Positions 59,623 through 64,000 of a DNA stretch of 64,000 nucleotides are shown here, one piece after another (the first letter of the stretch is position 1; the number at the start of each line of letters is the position of its first letter). The DNA is from Myxococcales bacterium. Lineage in GTDB: Bacteria > Desulfobacterota > Binatia > HRBIN30. Made by a program: the position numbers and the translations under genes. Location: the NCBI GenBank assembly GCA_037445065.1, contig JBBILD010000002.1:32001-96000 (forward strand), in the 5' to 3' direction. The notes beneath the pieces are model-generated. The model was not told where the DNA came from, ran no database searches, and saw nothing but the letters and a program-made list of their open reading frames with translations.

Positions 59623-62394
59623 TCACGGGCTCGCGGTATGGACTTCGCGCAGCACCAGCCCAACGGGCAGGGACTCGGAGAACACCTGCAACCGCTCACT
59701 GGACTCGAGAGGGGTTGGTTCGAGGACGAGGCGGGAGAGGCGGTCGAAGCCCTCAGCCCTGAGACGCTCTGCAACCCGTTCGCGCAGTTCGCGCGGTAAA
59801 TCGCGCTCGCGATCGCCCACGCACCGCGCCAACTGAGCAATCGCAAACGCCGTGGTTTTGGTGCGTGGCCATTTTAGGCTGAGGAGTTGCTCGACCCAAC
59901 GCGCCACGGTTTCCCGTGCGACGACGGTGTTCAAAGGACCGTATACGGGTGCCCGGTTCCCGAGCCGACCGAGCGCCCAGATCTCCGCATCCGTCGCAGT
60001 TCCTTTGGCGATGAGGGGCAGCAGCGATTCCCCGAGCTGCGCCTTCTGCAAGGCGGCTAGGTGCTCGCAGCTTGCCAAGACTTGCCAGAACTCCCGGATT
60101 TCTTGTGGTCCCACCCGCGGCAGGCTACGCGCTTTGCTTTTTGCTTGTGGCAAGAGGTACGGAGACACTTCATTCCACAATACGCTCTGTTGGGCGCGAT
60201 CCAGGCCCCCGGCAACCCGCTTCCACATGTTCCACCATTCGACCCGTACTTGCACAGAGCGAGCAAAACGGATTCCCTCGCTTTTGAGACGCCAGAGGTG
60301 CTGCACACGAAGGGCGTCCAAATCGGCTCCGAAGCCGGGTCGCAGCAGGTAGCCGGCCAGGTTGTACCAGCGCGCCTCATGGTCCGGTGTTCGGAACCGT
60401 CCCGCCCGAGTTTCCCATAACGGTTCCCAAAGGCGGCGCAGAACCGGCAATGGCCACTCTTCTTTGCCCAGACCCAGTTCGTCCTCCAGCACACGAACCA
60501 GGCGAACAGGGTCGGGTTCTGCCGGACCCTCGGTGGCGAAGGTTTCGCGCAGGATCGCCAGGGCTCGCCCGACACGCTCTGCTGCCACCAGCAGGGCAGT
60601 GGGTTTTTCTTCGGAAGTCAGTGCCTCCCCTCTGGTGGGTAGGCGGACGTCGCGTAAATCGAATTGCAAGCGCCAGCGGTGATCCGTGCTGCCCGAAACG
60701 CACCAGATCTCGAGCGTTCCCACCTCGGTCAGCCGCACCTGCAGATGGACCGGCAACTTACGAGCGGTGAGTTTGCGCCCAAAGCGCAGGATGGTGCGTA
60801 CAGGGGGGAGAGCCTGAAGCTCAGCACGATCAATTTGCAAAATCTGCCCAACCGAGTCCCCCCGCCGCGACGACGATGCGAAGAGGGGAAACTGCACGGC
60901 TTCGTTGGTGACCAGCTCGAACGACGCGCTGTCAATGTTCCGAACTTCCCCTTCTTCCATGCCGCGTTCTACCAAGCAGACGGTGCGCACTGGGCCCTGC
61001 TCGGCTGCTGGGTCGAGCCCGAGGTAATACGTGCGGGCTGCTCCGCCACCGATTCGAATGCCGCACCCGTGCCGGACAAGCCCGTAGTAGGCAGCGCCAC
61101 GCGCCACAGCCAGGTCGAGATCGGTGCTTTCCAGTTCCTGTAAAGGTCGCGCGCTCCAGGTCTCTAAAATGTGATGGAGGCGCGCGCGCAAGATGGCGGG
61201 CTTGAGGGCGCCGCCGTTGAACAAAACAGTGTCCGGCCAGCAGCGTGTTCCATCCTCGTCCACAGCGTGAGCGCTGAGAAACGCCGCCAAGTGTCGGGTG
61301 ATTTCCGGCTCGCTTGCGTAGGGTAGGCCCCACTCTTGCAGCGCGGGTGCTTCTTCCCTTCGCGGCAGCTCCTCGGGAGAACGAATCGGAAAGAAGCCTT
61401 CGAGGATCGCCTGATGAACCTCGTCGCGCGTTACGGTCGCGCTTCGCGTGGAGGCCACAATGGAGCGCCCGCGTCCCGGCACGATCAGCGTCTCGCTTGT
61501 AGTATCAGGGTCACTGAGCAGCCGCTCCTTGGCCGCGCGGCAAGCGAGGACCATGGTGAAAAAGCGCGGTGTGTCGAGCGCTTCGCCCAGACGCTCCTCG
61601 ATCATGCGGGCGAGGGCTAGGTCCATGTTGTCGCCACCGAGCAAGATGTGGTCGCCGACTGCCACCCGGTCCAAAGCCAGTCTGCCATCCGCCCACCGAA
61701 CGCTGACTAAGCTGAAGTCCGTCGTACCGCCGCCCACGTCAACGACCAGGATGGACCGCTGCCCAGCGAGGACTTGTTCGGCCTCACGTTCTCGTTCTTG
61801 CAGCCAAGCGTAAAGAGCCGCCTGTGGCTCTTCGAGCAAGATGGGATTGCGGAGACCCGCGGTGCTCGCTGCCTCCGCGGTAAGCTCCCGCGCCACTTCG
61901 TCAAACGATGCTGGTACGGTGAGGATGACTTCTTGCTCGCGAAGTGGTGTATCAGGAAAGGTCTGGTCCCACACCTCTCGGATGTGTTGCAAGTAACGGG
62001 CGGAAGCTTCGACGGGAGACAGCCGTGGCACCTCTTCCGCCGCGCCCCACGGAAGGATCGGCGCTTTTCGGTCAACCCCTCCGTGACACAACCAGGACTT
62101 TGCCGACGACACCAGTCTCCCGGGGACGCGGGCTCCCTGACGCCGAGCAAATTCCCCAACCGCGTACGGTCGCTCTGCATCCCAGGGTAGCGCCAGCGCG
62201 CCGGTAGGGAGTTCCGGCCCGCCAAGATACAAGAAGGAAGGGAGCGTCATTCGCTCCCCACACTCGCCTTCACCTACCAACTGGAGGATCGGCAATGAGT
62301 GCACGCGTGGATCCGTCTCCCCGAGGCTCGCGTATGCCACGGCACAATTTGTTGTCCCGAGGTCGATGCCGACCACGTATCGTGCTCCCGGCAC
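59623..62394 (-). CDS. Atypical Hsp70-family protein with long helical C-terminal extension (DUF3731 type)
   Basis: GIDLGTTN, TVPASFD, EEPQAA, DVGGGTTDFS, LLGGDNMD; C-terminal WYNLAGYLLRPGFG. Confidence 0.9.
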   Translation of the reverse strand: MPGARYVVGIDLGTTNCAVAYASLGETDPRVHSLPILQLVGEGECGERMTLPSFLYLGGPELPTGALALPWDAERPYAVGEFARRQGARVPGRLVSSAKSWLCHGGVDRKAPILPWGAAEEVPRLSPVEASARYLQHIREVWDQTFPDTPLREQEVILTVPASFDEVARELTAEAASTAGLRNPILLEEPQAALYAWLQEREREAEQVLAGQRSILVVDVGGGTTDFSLVSVRWADGRLALDRVAVGDHILLGGDNMDLALARMIEERLGEALDTPRFFTMVLACRAAKERLLSDPDTTSETLIVPGRGRSIVASTRSATVTRDEVHQAILEGFFPIRSPEELPRREEAPALQEWGLPYASEPEITRHLAAFLSAHAVDEDGTRCWPDTVLFNGGALKPAILRARLHHILETWSARPLQELESTDLDLAVARGAAYYGLVRHGCGIRIGGGAARTYYLGLDPAAEQGPVRTVCLVERGMEEGEVRNIDSASFELVTNEAVQFPLFASSSRRGDSVGQILQIDRAELQALPPVRTILRFGRKLTARKLPVHLQVRLTEVGTLEIWCVSGSTDHRWRLQFDLRDVRLPTRGEALTSEEKPTALLVAAERVGRALAILRETFATEGPAEPDPVRLVRVLEDELGLGKEEWPLPVLRRLWEPLWETRAGRFRTPDHEARWYNLAGYLLRPGFGADLDALRVQHLWRLKSEGIRFARSVQVRVEWWNMWKRVAGGLDRAQQSVLWNEVSPYLLPQAKSKARSLPRVGPQEIREFWQVLASCEHLAALQKAQLGESLLPLIAKGTATDAEIWALGRLGNRAPVYGPLNTVVARETVARWVEQLLSLKWPRTKTTAFAIAQLARCVGDRERDLPRELRERVAERLRAEGFDRLSRLVLEPTPLESSERLQVFSESLPVGLVLREVHTASP

Positions 62395-62396
62395 GG

Positions 62397-64000
62397 CTAC
62401 CCTCTTTGCGATACAGGGCGGGTGGCCCGTAAGTCGAACGCGAGCCGCCAGCGCCCAGGACCGTCCTTCTCGGTACACCAAAGCTCGAGGGCGCCCACCT
62501 CGCTGACTCGGGCGCGCAGTCGAACGGGAATGCGGCCGGTCTCACTGGTGCCCTCAATGCGCACGGTTACCGGGGCCAGCCACTCGAACTGATCGTCGAT
62601 TTCCTCCACAAGGGTACCCACCTCGTCGTTCCGCGACGCGGAACGGAGCACGCGGAATTCAGAGTTTTGCCCGATCGCTAGGGCGAATTCGCGCTGAGAC
62701 AGTTCCACCTCGCTTCCTTCTGCCAAGCCGCGCGGCGCTACACACAGGGCGCGCAACGGCGGCCGGCGGCCGGGAACGGAGGGGAGGGCTGCAGCCACCG
62801 CAACGTAGTACGCGTGCGGTAGGTGAGACCGGATGCGCACGCCACCGTGTGCGTTTGCCCAGCCGTAGTACGCGGCTCCTAAGGCCACGGCTTGCTGCAA
62901 ATCTGCGCCCGTAAGAACCACGGGCTGTGGCGCATCTGAAAACCAACGGCATAACTGAGCCAGGAGGCGATCGCGGATCACGGTGGCTCGGAAGACGCCG
63001 CCATTGAACAGCACGGCCGTAGGCTTCAAGCCACCCCGTCCTCTACCCGTGGAAACGGCACTGACCAGGAAGTGCGCGAGGTGTCGGGTCACAGCCGGGT
63101 CGCTTGCGTACGGGAGTCCCCATTCCTGCAAGAGCTCCGGCAGTGCGCTGTCAGGACGATCTTGAAGGGCCACCTCCGGGAAGAAGCCTTCGAGCAAGGC
63201 TTGCTGCACGAGCGAGCGGCGGAGCTCCGTGCGTATGGCCCCCCCGATCAAACGGCTGCCGCGACCAGCGATGGCAAGAGGCACTGTGTCAAGTTCGGGA
63301 GACGAGAGGAGGCGTTCCTTGGCGTCCCGACAGGCGTGCAACAAGCTTCGTTGCTGCCAGGCATCTAGACGAACGCCTTGGGCGGCGAGTTGTTCGTACA
63401 GCGCCTCGGCCAAGGCTAGATCCATGTTGTCACCGCCGAGCAAAATGTGGTTACCGACGGCGACCCGTTCGAGCGCCAGCTGACCGTCTTGCTCGATGAC
63501 CTGAATCGCAGAGAAGTCTGTCGTTCCCCCACCGATGTCGCACACCAAAACACAATCTCCCAATTCGAGTTGGTGGCGCCAATCCTCACCGGTCCGGTGC
63601 AACCAGGCGTAAAACGCGGCCTGTGGTTCCTCGAGCAGCGTCACCTCACCAAGGCCGGCCTGACGGGCCGCTTGGAGGGTTAGTTCCCGCGCTGTTGGAT
63701 CGAACGAAGCTGGCACGGTGAGGACGACCTTCTGTCGCTCGCAGGGGTGCTCTGGAAAAGCTGCGTTCCAAGACTTCACGATCCGTTGCAGGTAGCGCGC
63801 GGAAGCGTCCACCGGAGAGACTTTCTCGACATCTTCACCTGCCCCCCAGGGCAGCAGGGGCTGGGTTCGATCAACCTGCGGAACGCATAGCCACGACTTG
63901 GCTGAGGTGACGAGGCGGTCGGCTTGCTGGATACCGAGGTCGCGCGCCAGAGTACCGACGACATACGCAGCGCCCCCCTCTCCCGGGAGAGCGAGCGCTT
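62397..64000 (-). CDS. Atypical Hsp70-family protein; 5' part lies outside the window
   Basis: Frame is open to the window edge (…RLVTSAKSWLC…); TVPASFD, EEPQAA, DIGGGTTDFS, LLGGDNMD; ends GALELWC..RWRLAFDLR. Confidence 0.9.
   Translation of the reverse strand, partial: ALALPGEGGAAYVVGTLARDLGIQQADRLVTSAKSWLCVPQVDRTQPLLPWGAGEDVEKVSPVDASARYLQRIVKSWNAAFPEHPCERQKVVLTVPASFDPTARELTLQAARQAGLGEVTLLEEPQAAFYAWLHRTGEDWRHQLELGDCVLVCDIGGGTTDFSAIQVIEQDGQLALERVAVGNHILLGGDNMDLALAEALYEQLAAQGVRLDAWQQRSLLHACRDAKERLLSSPELDTVPLAIAGRGSRLIGGAIRTELRRSLVQQALLEGFFPEVALQDRPDSALPELLQEWGLPYASDPAVTRHLAHFLVSAVSTGRGRGGLKPTAVLFNGGVFRATVIRDRLLAQLCRWFSDAPQPVVLTGADLQQAVALGAAYYGWANAHGGVRIRSHLPHAYYVAVAAALPSVPGRRPPLRALCVAPRGLAEGSEVELSQREFALAIGQNSEFRVLRSASRNDEVGTLVEEIDDQFEWLAPVTVRIEGTSETGRIPVRLRARVSEVGALELWCTEKDGPGRWRLAFDLRATRPVSQRG

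Overview
GC-rich bacterial chromosomal window of about 52 CDS from an LPS-containing diderm. The lineage is probably Candidatus Binatota/Binatia, inferred from the 'CxGDCxxDGxVTVDE' dockerin-like modules, Pro/Thr linkers and the actinobacterial-style lipid catabolism genes. No rRNA, tRNA, CRISPR array or mobile element was recognised. Housekeeping genes: mltG, aat, queG, purK-purE, proS and kdsB-pyrG-kdsA-kdsD-lpxL-like. Accessory genes cover lipid/CoA metabolism (acyl-CoA dehydrogenase, AtuA, SDR, esterase, APH, PaaI, acyl-CoA ligase, CoA transferase, WS/DGAT-like) and several secreted proteins. The most striking signal is an exactly length-conserved 59-aa, four-cysteine, twin Ca-loop dockerin-like module on three unrelated exported proteins within 10 kb. 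One of them is a MauG/MbnH-type di-haem enzyme with no adjacent MbnP, next to a His-rich cytochrome c. This suggests a non-cellulosomal extracytoplasmic docking system. Also notable: an orphan DGQHR protein, a decaying cyclase/cNMP-patatin locus, tandem dodecins lacking the flavin-binding Trp, a di-iron protein between two lipid A acyltransferases, a tandem atypical Hsp70 pair and a structured ompA leader. All calls come from reading motifs by eye; no database searches were run.
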